Shown: positions 24,302 through 33,265 of the stretch, piece by piece
Numbering within the stretch: position 1 is the first letter of the stretch
Layout of the letters: each line of letters opens with the position of its first letter
Assembly (NCBI GenBank): GCA_036848695.1
Contig: DAIUJM010000001.1
Location: 1,354 to 53,670 of the forward strand
Source of the DNA: Candidatus Saccharimonadota bacterium
GTDB lineage: Bacteria > Patescibacteriota > Saccharimonadia > Saccharimonadales > UBA7683
Direction of reading: 5' to 3'
Length of the DNA: 52,317 bases
Notes under the pieces: model-generated
Databases searched by the model: none
Told to the model about the DNA's origin: nothing
Seen by the model: the letters and a program-made list of their open reading frames with translations, nothing else
Translations under genes and position numbers: made by a program

Positions 24302-27300
24302 ATGACGAAAAAAGAGGGCAAGCTAACTTCAAGTGATTACGTACACCTGCACAACCATACGCAGTATAGTTTGCTTGATGGTCTAACTAAAATCCCTAAA
24401 CTAATTGAGTTCGTTAAAGAAGACGGCATGCAGGCGGTGGCGATGACCGACCACGGTACACTTTCAGGCGCGATTGATTTTTATAAAACAGCTACCGCAA
24501 ATGGTATTAAACCACTCATAGGTATCGAGGCTTACGTTGCTGCACGTAAATACACTGACCGTGACCCACAAAAAGACAAGTCCAGATTCCACCTTATAAT
24601 TCTTGCCATGAATAACGCAGGATACCAGAACCTTATGCGACTTTCTACAATTGCAAACCTGGACGGCATGTACTACTTCCCACGTATTGACCACGACCTT
24701 TTAGAGCAATATAACGAAGGATTGATCGTACTAAGTGCCTGTATGGGTGGCGAAGTTGGCCAGGCGGTTAAAGAAGGTCGTCTAGACGACGCCAAAAAGA
24801 TCGCCAGTTGGTATAAATCAGTTTTTGGAGACCGCTACTACCTTGAAATCCAAGATCATGGTCACCCAGAAAACCCAATTCATAGTGAAGAGCAACAAGT
24901 TGTAAACGAAGGTGTGCTTTTGCTAGGTAAACAATTAAATATCCCGGTTGTAGTCACATGTGATGCGCATTATTTGAAGCATGAAGACCAAGAAGCCCAC
25001 GAAGCGCTTCTATGCGTCGGCACCGGATCATTCTTAGCTGATGAAAATAGAATGTCGCTAAAAGACTACCCACTTCACGTTGAACCTAGTGGTGAACTGA
25101 TTAAACGTTGGGGTAAAGATCATCCAGAAGTGATCACCAATACCAAAACCATTGCTGACAGATGTAATGTAGAACTTGAATTCGGTAAAATTTTAATTCC
25201 TAAATTCCCGGTACCAAAGCCGTTTGATGAAAAAAGTTATCTACACCTACTTGTTTATCGAGGTTTGGCATGGCGTTACGGAAAGGTTGAAGAATCTCGT
25301 TCTAAACGTATAACAATGGAAGAGGCAATGGCGACGCTTCCAGAGTCTATTTTGCAACGTGCCCAGTACGAGCTTGGTGTTATGGATAAGATGGGTTACA
25401 ACGGCTATTTCTTAATTGTTCAAGATTTTATCAATTGGGGAAAAAATATGGGTATTATCTTTGGGCCAGGTCGTGGCTCTGCGGCTGGTTCAATCGTAGC
25501 TTTTGCGCTTAGAATTACTGAGCTTGACCCAATTGCATACGATCTGCTGTTTGAACGCTTCTTGAATCCTGACCGTATTTCTATGCCTGATATTGATATA
25601 GATATACAAGACACACGGCGCAACGAAGTTATTCAATATTGTTCTGAAAAATATGGTAGCGATAAAGTTGCTAATATTGTTACGTTCGGTACAATGGCCG
25701 CCCGCGCCGCGATTCGTGATGTTGCAAGGGTAATGCAAGTTCCTTATGCTGAAGCGGATAAGCTTTCAAAATTAGTGCCACCGCCAGTGCAGGGTAGGCA
25801 CATTCCACTCGCCACAAGCATTAATAATGACCGTGACTTAAAATTTGAATACGACAATAACCCAACAGCAAAACAAGTTATTGATCTAGCTATAAAACTT
25901 GAAGGCACTGTTAGATCACATGGTGTTCATGCAGCCGGCGTGGTGATTGCGCCAGATGACATTGTTAAGTTTATCCCGCTTGAACGATCGCAAAAACAAG
26001 TGTTGTTGGCCGATGGTACAAAGCAAGATGTAATTTCGACCCAGTACCCAATGGGGCCGGTTGAAGACCTGGGTCTTCTTAAGATGGACTTTTTAGGCCT
26101 TTCAAACCTTACCGTGCTACGCAACGCCATACGTATTGTTAAAGCAGTTCACAAGGTAAGTATTACGCCAGAAGAAATTCCTCTTGATGATACAAAGACC
26201 TTTGAGCTCTTGCAAAGAGGTGATACGACCGGCGTTTTTCAGTTTGAATCGTCTGGTATGAAACGATATCTTCGGGAGCTAAAACCGACTGTATTTGAAG
26301 ACGCAATCGCCATGGGCGCCTTATATAGACCAGGTCCACTTTCTGCCGGGCTGACCGATAGCTTTATTAAACGAAAAAACGGCTTAGAGGAGATCTCGTA
26401 TCCACACCCTCTTATGGAGCCAGCACTTTCCACGACGTTCGGTGTTTTGGTTTACCAAGAGCAAGTTATGCAGATATCTCGCGATGTTTGTGGTTTTACT
26501 GGTGGCGAAGCCGATACTCTCAGAAAAGCAATTGGTAAAAAGAAACTCGATGTCATGGAAAAAATGAAGATTAAGTTTGTTGATGGTGCCGTTGCAAACG
26601 GAGTACCGCAAAACGTAATTGAAAAGTTTTGGAAGGACCTGCTCGGATTTGCTGATTACTGCTTTAATAAATCGCACTCCGCTTGCTATGGGCTAATTTC
26701 GTACTGGACGGCGTATCTTAAGGCCCATTACCCCGATGCATTTATGGCAGCATTAATGACCAGCGATGCTGATGATATAGATAGACTGGCTATTGAAATT
26801 AATGAATGTCGACACATGGGTATTGAGGTGCTACTGCCGGATGTTAATGAATCATACGTAGAATTTGCGGTAGTGCCAGGTAAAAATCAGATTAGATTTG
26901 GTATGAGTGCCGTGAAGAACGTTGGTGTTGGTGCTGTTGAAGAAATTATTCGTGCACGTGATGAAGGTGGAAAGTTCACCGACATTATGGACTTTGTGCA
27001 GCGGGTTGATACCCGAAAAGTTAATCGCAAAGTATGGGAAAGTCTTATTAAAGCAGGTGGTTTTGATAGCCTGGGCTTAACTCGTGGAGACCTGCTGTTT
27101 AATGTTGATGGCCTGCTTGCACTTGGTTCAAAGTTACATAAAGAAAAAGAAACCAATCAGGCCGATCTTTTCGGTGGTATCGATGGAGCGGCACCTACCA
27201 TTGCTCCTCAGTTTAAATTCGAAAAAGCACCAGAGCAGCTAAAAGAACATGACATGCTACTGTTTGAAAGAGAGTTACTGGGTCTGTACTTGAGCCGACA

Positions 27301-27994
27301 TCCGCTTGACGGTTTCGGAACATACCTAGAAGAAAACACTTTACCCCTTTCTTCAATTGACAGCTCCATGGATAACAAAGCGGTCACTGTGGGTGGTGTG
27401 GTTGTTTCGGTACGTTCGATTAATACAAAAAACGGTGCACGTATGGCTTTTGTAAAATTAGAAGACAAAACTAGTGAATGTGAATTAATTGTATTCCCTA
27501 GTGTCTTTGAAAAACTAAATTCAGTTTGGCAACAAGATCAGGTTGTAATTGCTAAAGGAAAAGTGAATTACAAAGACCGAGATGGCAACATGGGACAGGA
27601 ATTAAAAATATTAGTAGATCAAGCAAACCTTGTTTCTGAAGAGGACGTTAAAGCTTACCAGTCGACTGGCAAGAAACCAAAACCACCGAAGGGTAGCACG
27701 CCAAAAAAGCCAAGTTCACCACAAAGTACCAGCCTGCCACCAAGCACGCTATCAACACCGCCCATAGCAAGCCCTAAGCTCTTCGTGCAGCTTAAAGATC
27801 CTAACGATAGTGAACGACTTATAGCTCTTAAGAATGTTTCTGTGGATCACCCTGGTAGTGACGAGGTAATTTTGGTACTGGGACAAGACGACGCTAAAAC
27901 GGCACTGAGAATGCCCTTTACTGTAAAAGTTGCCGATGAATTGATAAGCAAGTTGCGTGATATATTTGACCCTGCAAGCGTGGCAGTAAAATAG
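24302..27994 (+). CDS. dnaE: DNA polymerase III alpha subunit
   Basis: PHP domain (VHLHNHTQYSLLDG), a palm/fingers region (PDIDIDI, GLLKMDFLGL, FNKSHSACY) and an OB fold. It has a Pro/Ser-rich linker near the C-terminus. Confidence 0.95.
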   Translation: MTKKEGKLTSSDYVHLHNHTQYSLLDGLTKIPKLIEFVKEDGMQAVAMTDHGTLSGAIDFYKTATANGIKPLIGIEAYVAARKYTDRDPQKDKSRFHLIILAMNNAGYQNLMRLSTIANLDGMYYFPRIDHDLLEQYNEGLIVLSACMGGEVGQAVKEGRLDDAKKIASWYKSVFGDRYYLEIQDHGHPENPIHSEEQQVVNEGVLLLGKQLNIPVVVTCDAHYLKHEDQEAHEALLCVGTGSFLADENRMSLKDYPLHVEPSGELIKRWGKDHPEVITNTKTIADRCNVELEFGKILIPKFPVPKPFDEKSYLHLLVYRGLAWRYGKVEESRSKRITMEEAMATLPESILQRAQYELGVMDKMGYNGYFLIVQDFINWGKNMGIIFGPGRGSAAGSIVAFALRITELDPIAYDLLFERFLNPDRISMPDIDIDIQDTRRNEVIQYCSEKYGSDKVANIVTFGTMAARAAIRDVARVMQVPYAEADKLSKLVPPPVQGRHIPLATSINNDRDLKFEYDNNPTAKQVIDLAIKLEGTVRSHGVHAAGVVIAPDDIVKFIPLERSQKQVLLADGTKQDVISTQYPMGPVEDLGLLKMDFLGLSNLTVLRNAIRIVKAVHKVSITPEEIPLDDTKTFELLQRGDTTGVFQFESSGMKRYLRELKPTVFEDAIAMGALYRPGPLSAGLTDSFIKRKNGLEEISYPHPLMEPALSTTFGVLVYQEQVMQISRDVCGFTGGEADTLRKAIGKKKLDVMEKMKIKFVDGAVANGVPQNVIEKFWKDLLGFADYCFNKSHSACYGLISYWTAYLKAHYPDAFMAALMTSDADDIDRLAIEINECRHMGIEVLLPDVNESYVEFAVVPGKNQIRFGMSAVKNVGVGAVEEIIRARDEGGKFTDIMDFVQRVDTRKVNRKVWESLIKAGGFDSLGLTRGDLLFNVDGLLALGSKLHKEKETNQADLFGGIDGAAPTIAPQFKFEKAPEQLKEHDMLLFERELLGLYLSRHPLDGFGTYLEENTLPLSSIDSSMDNKAVTVGGVVVSVRSINTKNGARMAFVKLEDKTSECELIVFPSVFEKLNSVWQQDQVVIAKGKVNYKDRDGNMGQELKILVDQANLVSEEDVKAYQSTGKKPKPPKGSTPKKPSSPQSTSLPPSTLSTPPIASPKLFVQLKDPNDSERLIALKNVSVDHPGSDEVILVLGQDDAKTALRMPFTVKVADELISKLRDIFDPASVAVK

Positions 27995-28023
27995 AATCTA
28001 CCTTTATTGTTATGTAGTAAAGA

Positions 28024-28539
28024 CTATTGTTTGGTGAGTTCGTAGAGTGCAATTGCTGTCGCAACTGATACGTTAAGCGACTCCTTAGTACCCTTCATCG
28101 GTATTTCCATCACGATATCTACCTTAGCAAGTAAATCATCGGCTACACCGTGTACTTCATTACCGATTATAAGGTATATAGGGCGACATTCATATTGGGA
28201 TTTAATTTTCTGTACACATGCCTCGGGGCTAAGGCTGCCAGGATATTGTTCGAGTGCTATTAAAACAGCATTTTCTTGCTTAGCTTTTTCAATAACTTCT
28301 TCCAGATTATTGAGTCGTTCAAAATCAACAGTACATTCGGCGCCTAGGGCGGTCTTATGAATCTGACGTGTGAGTTTGTCAGCAAAGTGAGGCAGACGGG
28401 TGTCATCTTCTAAGCTCGGGTACGGGGTGTAGCCACTGAAAATTATTTTCTGCACCCCAAGCCCGTCGCAAGTACGGAAGAAGGCTCCTACGTTATGAGT
28501 GCTTCTTATGTCATGTGCAACAAGTGTAATATTATTCAT
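28024..28539 (-). CDS. SpoU/TrmH-family RNA 2'-O-methyltransferase
   Basis: HNVGAFFRTCDGLG, IIGNEVHGV and SLNVSVATAIALYE are the SPOUT motifs. Confidence 0.85.
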   Translation of the reverse strand: MNNITLVAHDIRSTHNVGAFFRTCDGLGVQKIIFSGYTPYPSLEDDTRLPHFADKLTRQIHKTALGAECTVDFERLNNLEEVIEKAKQENAVLIALEQYPGSLSPEACVQKIKSQYECRPIYLIIGNEVHGVADDLLAKVDIVMEIPMKGTKESLNVSVATAIALYELTKQ

Positions 28540-28626
28540 CGTAACAATAATGCAACAGATGAGCTAAATTTCCTAATCAAAAACATTAACTGCATAGATG
28601 CTACTGTAAAAATAAGCATTTTAAAG

Positions 28627-28632
28627 TAGAAT
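28627..28632 (+). promoter_or_regulatory. -10 box (TAGAAT), 6 nt upstream of the pilB-like ATG
   Basis: Read directly. No SD. Confidence 0.35.
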
Positions 28633-28638
28633 AGAGTT

Positions 28639-30255
28639 ATGGCTTTTAATGATCAACAAGATCAAATAAAATTTCGCGAAAGTGAAGAACTCAACACGCA
28701 AAATCGTGCGCAACTTTTGAAGATAGAATACGTCGACAGTCGTACACTTTTAGATATCCCACTAGCAAAGGGTATTTTAGAGCTTTCAGAAATGTATAAA
28801 AACAGCCTAGTGCCACTTTATGACACCGGAAGTAATTATACTTTTGCGATCACAATTAAAACTCCTCAGCAGTCACTCCGTAGTATCCGAGATAAATTTC
28901 CAGATAAAATTGTGAAATTTGTAATGATAAGTATGCCTGGATTCCAGGAAATGATGCTTCGCTTTGACCCACCAAAAGAAGTTATATACGACGACATCAC
29001 TGTCACCAAAGAAGGCGAAAGTGATAATGTTCAGAAGGTGTCAGATACTCTAGAAGGCGTAAAGTCCGATGATATTTTAGAATATGTAATAACGCAGGCC
29101 GATAAGCTTGAAGCATCTGATATTCACTTTGAAACTGGCCGAACTGGCGTTCGTTTTCGCTTTCGTCTAGACGGTGCGTTACACCTTATAGCAATTGTTT
29201 CACATCAAAAATATCGCCAACTTCAACAGTCAATAGCCGTAAAGGCGAGTATCTCTACTTCAGCCCCAGATGCACAGACCGGTCACCTTTCTCAGAAAAT
29301 CATAAAAGAAGATGGTTCCGAAAAGATTCTAAACATGCGTATTGAAACAGTTCCCACGCTATACGGTCAAGATGCCGTTGTTCGTTTATTTAATATGGAT
29401 ATGAGCCTACTTAAGCTTGATAATCTGGGTTTGAGTGAAAAAGAACGCAAGCCAATTGATGAAGTCATTTCTCATCCGCACGGCATGGTTTTGATGGTTG
29501 GCCCTACAGGTTCAGGTAAAACCACTACTCTTTATTCGATTCTCATGCAACTTAATGACCCTCGTAACAAAATCATTACACTGGAAGACCCCGTGGAATA
29601 TGGTCTTGATGGTATGAGTCAGATTCCGGTATATAGTCGTCAGGGCGATAGTTTTGCAAACAAACTCCGTGCTGTAATGCGACTAGACCCCGATGTAATT
29701 ATGGTTGGTGAAATTCGCGATGTTGATACGGCTAAAACGGCACTTCAAGCCGCGGTTACCGGCCACTTAGTTCTTTCAACATTTCACGCTGGTAATTCGT
29801 CTGAGGCTTTTACACGTATGATTGATATGATTGGCGTGAATCCAATATTAATTTCTTCCGTTAAGTTAATTATTTCTCAACGACTGGTGCGCCGACTCGA
29901 TGATGCGACCAAGATTGAATACGAACCCGATGAAGCGGTAAAAAACCATATTAAAGAATCACTCAAAGATTTGCCAGAAGATATTGAAAAACCAGATCTT
30001 GAAAATATTAAACTATGGAAGCCTGGTAAGTCAGAAGAAAATCCGTTTGGCTACAAAGGTCGGACAAGCATAATTGAAGATTTTGTTGTTACACCAGAAA
30101 TTCAAGCACTACTAAGAGATACAGCCAATATTCCAACCTCCGACATCATAGAGGCAAAAGCCAAAGAACAAGGCATGATCACCATGTATCAAGCCGGACT
30201 CCTAAAAGCTCTTAAAGGCATGACCACGGTAGAAGAAATAAACAGAGTAATTTAG
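28639..30255 (+). CDS. GspE/PilB-family type II/IV secretion (type IV pilus assembly) ATPase
   Basis: Walker A GPTGSGKTTT, Walker B VIMVGEIRD and His box GHLVLSTFHA. The N-terminal domain is T2SSE_N-like. Confidence 0.88.
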   Translation: MAFNDQQDQIKFRESEELNTQNRAQLLKIEYVDSRTLLDIPLAKGILELSEMYKNSLVPLYDTGSNYTFAITIKTPQQSLRSIRDKFPDKIVKFVMISMPGFQEMMLRFDPPKEVIYDDITVTKEGESDNVQKVSDTLEGVKSDDILEYVITQADKLEASDIHFETGRTGVRFRFRLDGALHLIAIVSHQKYRQLQQSIAVKASISTSAPDAQTGHLSQKIIKEDGSEKILNMRIETVPTLYGQDAVVRLFNMDMSLLKLDNLGLSEKERKPIDEVISHPHGMVLMVGPTGSGKTTTLYSILMQLNDPRNKIITLEDPVEYGLDGMSQIPVYSRQGDSFANKLRAVMRLDPDVIMVGEIRDVDTAKTALQAAVTGHLVLSTFHAGNSSEAFTRMIDMIGVNPILISSVKLIISQRLVRRLDDATKIEYEPDEAVKNHIKESLKDLPEDIEKPDLENIKLWKPGKSEENPFGYKGRTSIIEDFVVTPEIQALLRDTANIPTSDIIEAKAKEQGMITMYQAGLLKALKGMTTVEEINRVI

Positions 30256-30264
30256 ATTCCCCTT

Positions 30265-30291
30265 GTCATCCTGAACTTGTTTCAGGATGAC
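30265..30291. terminator. Strong 11-bp hairpin between convergent genes (GTCATCCTGAA cttgt TTCAGGATGAC)
   Basis: Read directly. There is no U-tract on either strand, so it is either a bidirectional terminator or a REP-like element. Confidence 0.45.
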
Positions 30292-30333
30292 GGAACTAGA
30301 ACGAAAATGGAATTTCGGGGAATAAACACCTAA

Positions 30334-31467
30334 TTAAGTAATTATTTCGGCTATAGTTTGCGTAAGGCCTTCTGCGAATATGGACGGAATGATTTCATCT
30401 GGTGATGGGGTTTCTATAAAACTAGCGATAGTTTCAGCAGCAGCAATTTTATGTTCGTCTGTAATCTTTTCAACTTGATTATCTAGTGCTCCGCGGAAGA
30501 TCCCCGGGAAGGCAAGTGCATTATTCACTTGGTTGGGGAAGTCACTACGACCTGTAGCTACAACTGCCGCACCGGCAGATCTTGCTTCATCCGGGTAGAT
30601 TTCGGGGACAGGGTTTGCAAGTGCAAATATTACTGGTTTGGTAGCCATAGTTTTAACCATTTCGGAAGTTAGAAGTCCAGGCTGTGAAACACCAATAAAA
30701 ATGTCGGCATCTTTTACTGCGTCGGCGAGCTGACCGGGGAGCACATCATGGGCGAATTCAAGTAACATCTTCTTCTCGTCATTTAAGTTGTCGCGCGAGG
30801 CTTCAATAATTCCCTTACTATCTACAGCTACAATTTGCGGTTGAGCGTATTTGTATAGTAATTTAGCTACTGCAACACCAGCAGCACCTGCGCCTACTAA
30901 AACAATTTTACAGTCAGTAAGATTCTTGCCCACTACCTTCATGGCATTAATTAGACCAGCAAGTACTACTACGGCGGTTCCATGTTGATCGTCATGCATA
31001 ATTGGAATAGTTAATTCTGATTTCAAACGTTCTTCTACTTCAAAACAAATCGGCGCGGCGATATCTTCTAGGTTAATTGCGCCGAAGCTTGGCGCAATTG
31101 CCTTTACAGTGGCAACAATTTCATCAGCAGTGTGTACGTCTAGAACAATAGGTACAGCGTCAATTCCGGCGAACTGCTTGAAGAGCATAGTCTTACCTTC
31201 CATTACTGGTAGGGCACCAAGTGGCCCAAGATTACCAAGACCTAGAACGGCGGTCCCGTCAGAAATAACAGCCACAGAATTATTCAGCCATGTGTATTCA
31301 CGGGCCTCGGAAGGATGCTCGGCAACGTAGCTACTGACAGCACCTACCCCGGGTGTGTAGTACAACTTTAGCTTTTCGGGATCATCAAGTTGATCTTTTA
31401 AAGTTACTTCAATTTTACCCCTTAGTTTTTTGTGTTGCACTAGCGCTTGTTGTTTTACGTCGTCCAT
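30334..31467 (-). CDS. NAD(P)-dependent malic enzyme (short form)
   Basis: YTPGV, VAVISDGTAVLGLGNLG, DDQHGTA and VLVGAGAAG are malic enzyme motifs. Confidence 0.9.
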   Translation of the reverse strand: MDDVKQQALVQHKKLRGKIEVTLKDQLDDPEKLKLYYTPGVGAVSSYVAEHPSEAREYTWLNNSVAVISDGTAVLGLGNLGPLGALPVMEGKTMLFKQFAGIDAVPIVLDVHTADEIVATVKAIAPSFGAINLEDIAAPICFEVEERLKSELTIPIMHDDQHGTAVVVLAGLINAMKVVGKNLTDCKIVLVGAGAAGVAVAKLLYKYAQPQIVAVDSKGIIEASRDNLNDEKKMLLEFAHDVLPGQLADAVKDADIFIGVSQPGLLTSEMVKTMATKPVIFALANPVPEIYPDEARSAGAAVVATGRSDFPNQVNNALAFPGIFRGALDNQVEKITDEHKIAAAETIASFIETPSPDEIIPSIFAEGLTQTIAEIIT

Positions 31468-31473
31468 ACTTTA

Positions 31474-31479
31474 ATAGTA
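31474..31479 (-). promoter_or_regulatory. -10 box (TACTAT), 6 nt upstream of the malic-enzyme ATG
   Basis: Read on the minus strand. No SD. Confidence 0.35.
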
Positions 31480-31513
31480 ATGAGATCGTTCTAATAAGTA
31501 AACAAGGAGCATT

Positions 31514-31840
31514 ATGTCCGGCACTGAACATACACCTGGTTTGGATGCTTTTGCATCTGCAGCGCACAAAAAAATAGACGTAGATAGAGATCCTGATCAG
31601 GCAAAACATGTCCCAGAACTAAGATTCGTAGACCGTCCGTTGCCAGCAAAATACCGAGTCACCAAAGGGATTGCATTTTTAAATATGCTTGGTAGAGAAC
31701 TCCCTGTTGCTCAAACACCCCTCACTCGTGCAGAACTAATGTTTTTTGCGGGCGATAGTAAAACAGTAGAAGAGATCCCTCGCACAATACTGCGTCCTGG
31801 TGAGGTATATAGCACCGAGTTAAATCGTTATATTACTTAA
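31514..31840 (+). CDS. Hypothetical protein, 108 aa
   Basis: An AAGGAG SD lies 6 nt upstream. No recognisable domain. Confidence 0.5.
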   Translation: MSGTEHTPGLDAFASAAHKKIDVDRDPDQAKHVPELRFVDRPLPAKYRVTKGIAFLNMLGRELPVAQTPLTRAELMFFAGDSKTVEEIPRTILRPGEVYSTELNRYIT

Positions 31841-31870
31841 CGCACGACACTTGTCTGTGAGTAACAGATG

Positions 31871-31879
31871 TGATATACT
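31871..31879 (+). promoter_or_regulatory. Extended -10 (TGATATACT) for rplS
   Basis: Read directly. A ~40-nt leader with an AAGGTAGAG SD follows. Confidence 0.4.
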
Positions 31880-31925
31880 CATTTCAATTGCAAAATATGT
31901 AAGAATAAGGTAGAGTGGTCTAGTT

Positions 31926-32393
31926 ATGCACGCACTAATTAAACAAGTTGAATCTAAATTCCTGAAAAAACAGGTTGTTGATGTACGAAGCGGTGATACT
32001 GTAAAAGTTCACCAGCGTATTAAAGAAGGTGGTAAAGAACGTATTCAGATCTTTGAAGGCCTTGTTATTCGAACAGATCGAAAAGACAGCCTGACAAGTA
32101 CTATAACTGTACGTCGTGTGGCTAGTGGTGTTGGTGTTGAAAAGAGCTTCCTGCTACATAGTCCATTGATTGAAAAGGTTGAGGTTACTAAACGAAGCAA
32201 AGTCCGACGTAAGTATTTAACTTACATGCGTGATCGAAGTGGTAAAAGCGCTCGCCTTGCAGCTGTTGACTTCGATAAAAAGGCTGTTAACGAAATTCCT
32301 GTTGACGAACCAGCCGTTGAAACAGAACCTTCTACAGATGACGCAGTGACAGAAACGCCTGTCGCTAACGAAGCAGTAGCTAAAGAAGCGTAA
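31926..32393 (+). CDS. rplS: 50S ribosomal protein L19 with an acidic C-terminal tail
   Basis: VRSGDTVKVHQRIKEGGKERIQIFEGLVI...ITVRR...GVEKSF is the canonical L19 pattern. The tail is ~40 aa and E/V/P/T-rich. Confidence 0.93.
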   Translation: MHALIKQVESKFLKKQVVDVRSGDTVKVHQRIKEGGKERIQIFEGLVIRTDRKDSLTSTITVRRVASGVGVEKSFLLHSPLIEKVEVTKRSKVRRKYLTYMRDRSGKSARLAAVDFDKKAVNEIPVDEPAVETEPSTDDAVTETPVANEAVAKEA

Positions 32394-32434
32394 TCTTATT
32401 TGCCTCTGAAGCCTTATTTAAATAGATCCCTCTT

Positions 32435-33202
32435 CTATACACAGACTTCATCGAGTGATGTCTCTAGTGAGCGTAGTTGGCTTAGTACGAGTAGTTGAGT
32501 ACCTTCGTGAAGTGGCTTAATTGGAACACTATCAATTAACGAGACAGTACCGTCTGTGTCGACAACTACATTATTAGCACCATTGGTATCAATAATTGAA
32601 CCAGTGTTGTTAAAGTGCAAGAATGAACGATCACAAAGTTCACGTAGTGCGACATCAGCACCAGCACATTTTTCTACCAATGATTCTACAGTTTCAGGGT
32701 TAACTTCTGGACTATTTACTACAAAAGGGGTAGCAGTACGTGCAATATCGACGTAAGGTTGAACAACTTGCACGGTTTGATACCCACCGCCCAAAACGTG
32801 CTCAGCTATCTGTACAGTTTGGGGTACGGCAACTGCACCAAAGTAGTGCGTCAGAGTAGTATGATCACGAGTAATTTCTTCTGCTGTACCTAAAAGCTCG
32901 TCATAAGGTCTACCTGCGCTATCACGCTTAATCTTCACAACCACACCTGTTGCTGTGTCGCGATAAGCGCTGAAATCGACGCCGGAACCTAAAAACCTGA
33001 CACCTTTGAAACGAGCAATGGCATCAAGTAGGATGGTTGCTGCGTAAGGTTGTCGAATTGTGAATTCAAGAAGAGTTTGTGATAGTCTCCGTGCAGCCTT
33101 TGAAGGATGGGTTGAGATGTCCAGCCTTCGACCGTCAAGAAGCCAGTCGGCGTGACGGGTTGCTTCATTAATCTCCAAAACTCGTGCAGTTGAAAAAAGC
33201 AT
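32435..33202 (-). CDS. Hypothetical protein with possible protein-kinase-like fold
   Basis: VVVKIKRD (beta3-Lys-like). IIDTNGANNVVVDTDGTVSLIDS resembles a DxxxxN catalytic loop plus a metal-binding Asp. Weak call. Confidence 0.45.
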   Translation of the reverse strand: MLFSTARVLEINEATRHADWLLDGRRLDISTHPSKAARRLSQTLLEFTIRQPYAATILLDAIARFKGVRFLGSGVDFSAYRDTATGVVVKIKRDSAGRPYDELLGTAEEITRDHTTLTHYFGAVAVPQTVQIAEHVLGGGYQTVQVVQPYVDIARTATPFVVNSPEVNPETVESLVEKCAGADVALRELCDRSFLHFNNTGSIIDTNGANNVVVDTDGTVSLIDSVPIKPLHEGTQLLVLSQLRSLETSLDEVCV

Positions 33203-33250
33203 AATAAATAACGAAATCGATATTAGTCAATATAATACCACATTTTACGC

Positions 33251-33259
33251 TGGTATACT
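33251..33259 (+). promoter_or_regulatory. Extended -10 (TGGTATACT), 6 nt upstream of the rnhB ATG
   Basis: Read directly. No SD. Confidence 0.45.
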
Positions 33260-33265
33260 AAGTAG

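Noticed and set aside
31591-31600. CCTGATCAGG palindrome inside ORF 31514-31840, as a third member of a TCCTGA...TCAGGA dyad family with 3634-3652 and 30265-30291.
   Set aside because: It is short (10 bp), lies in coding sequence and has different spacing. Three loosely similar dyads are not enough to claim a motif without a genome-wide count.
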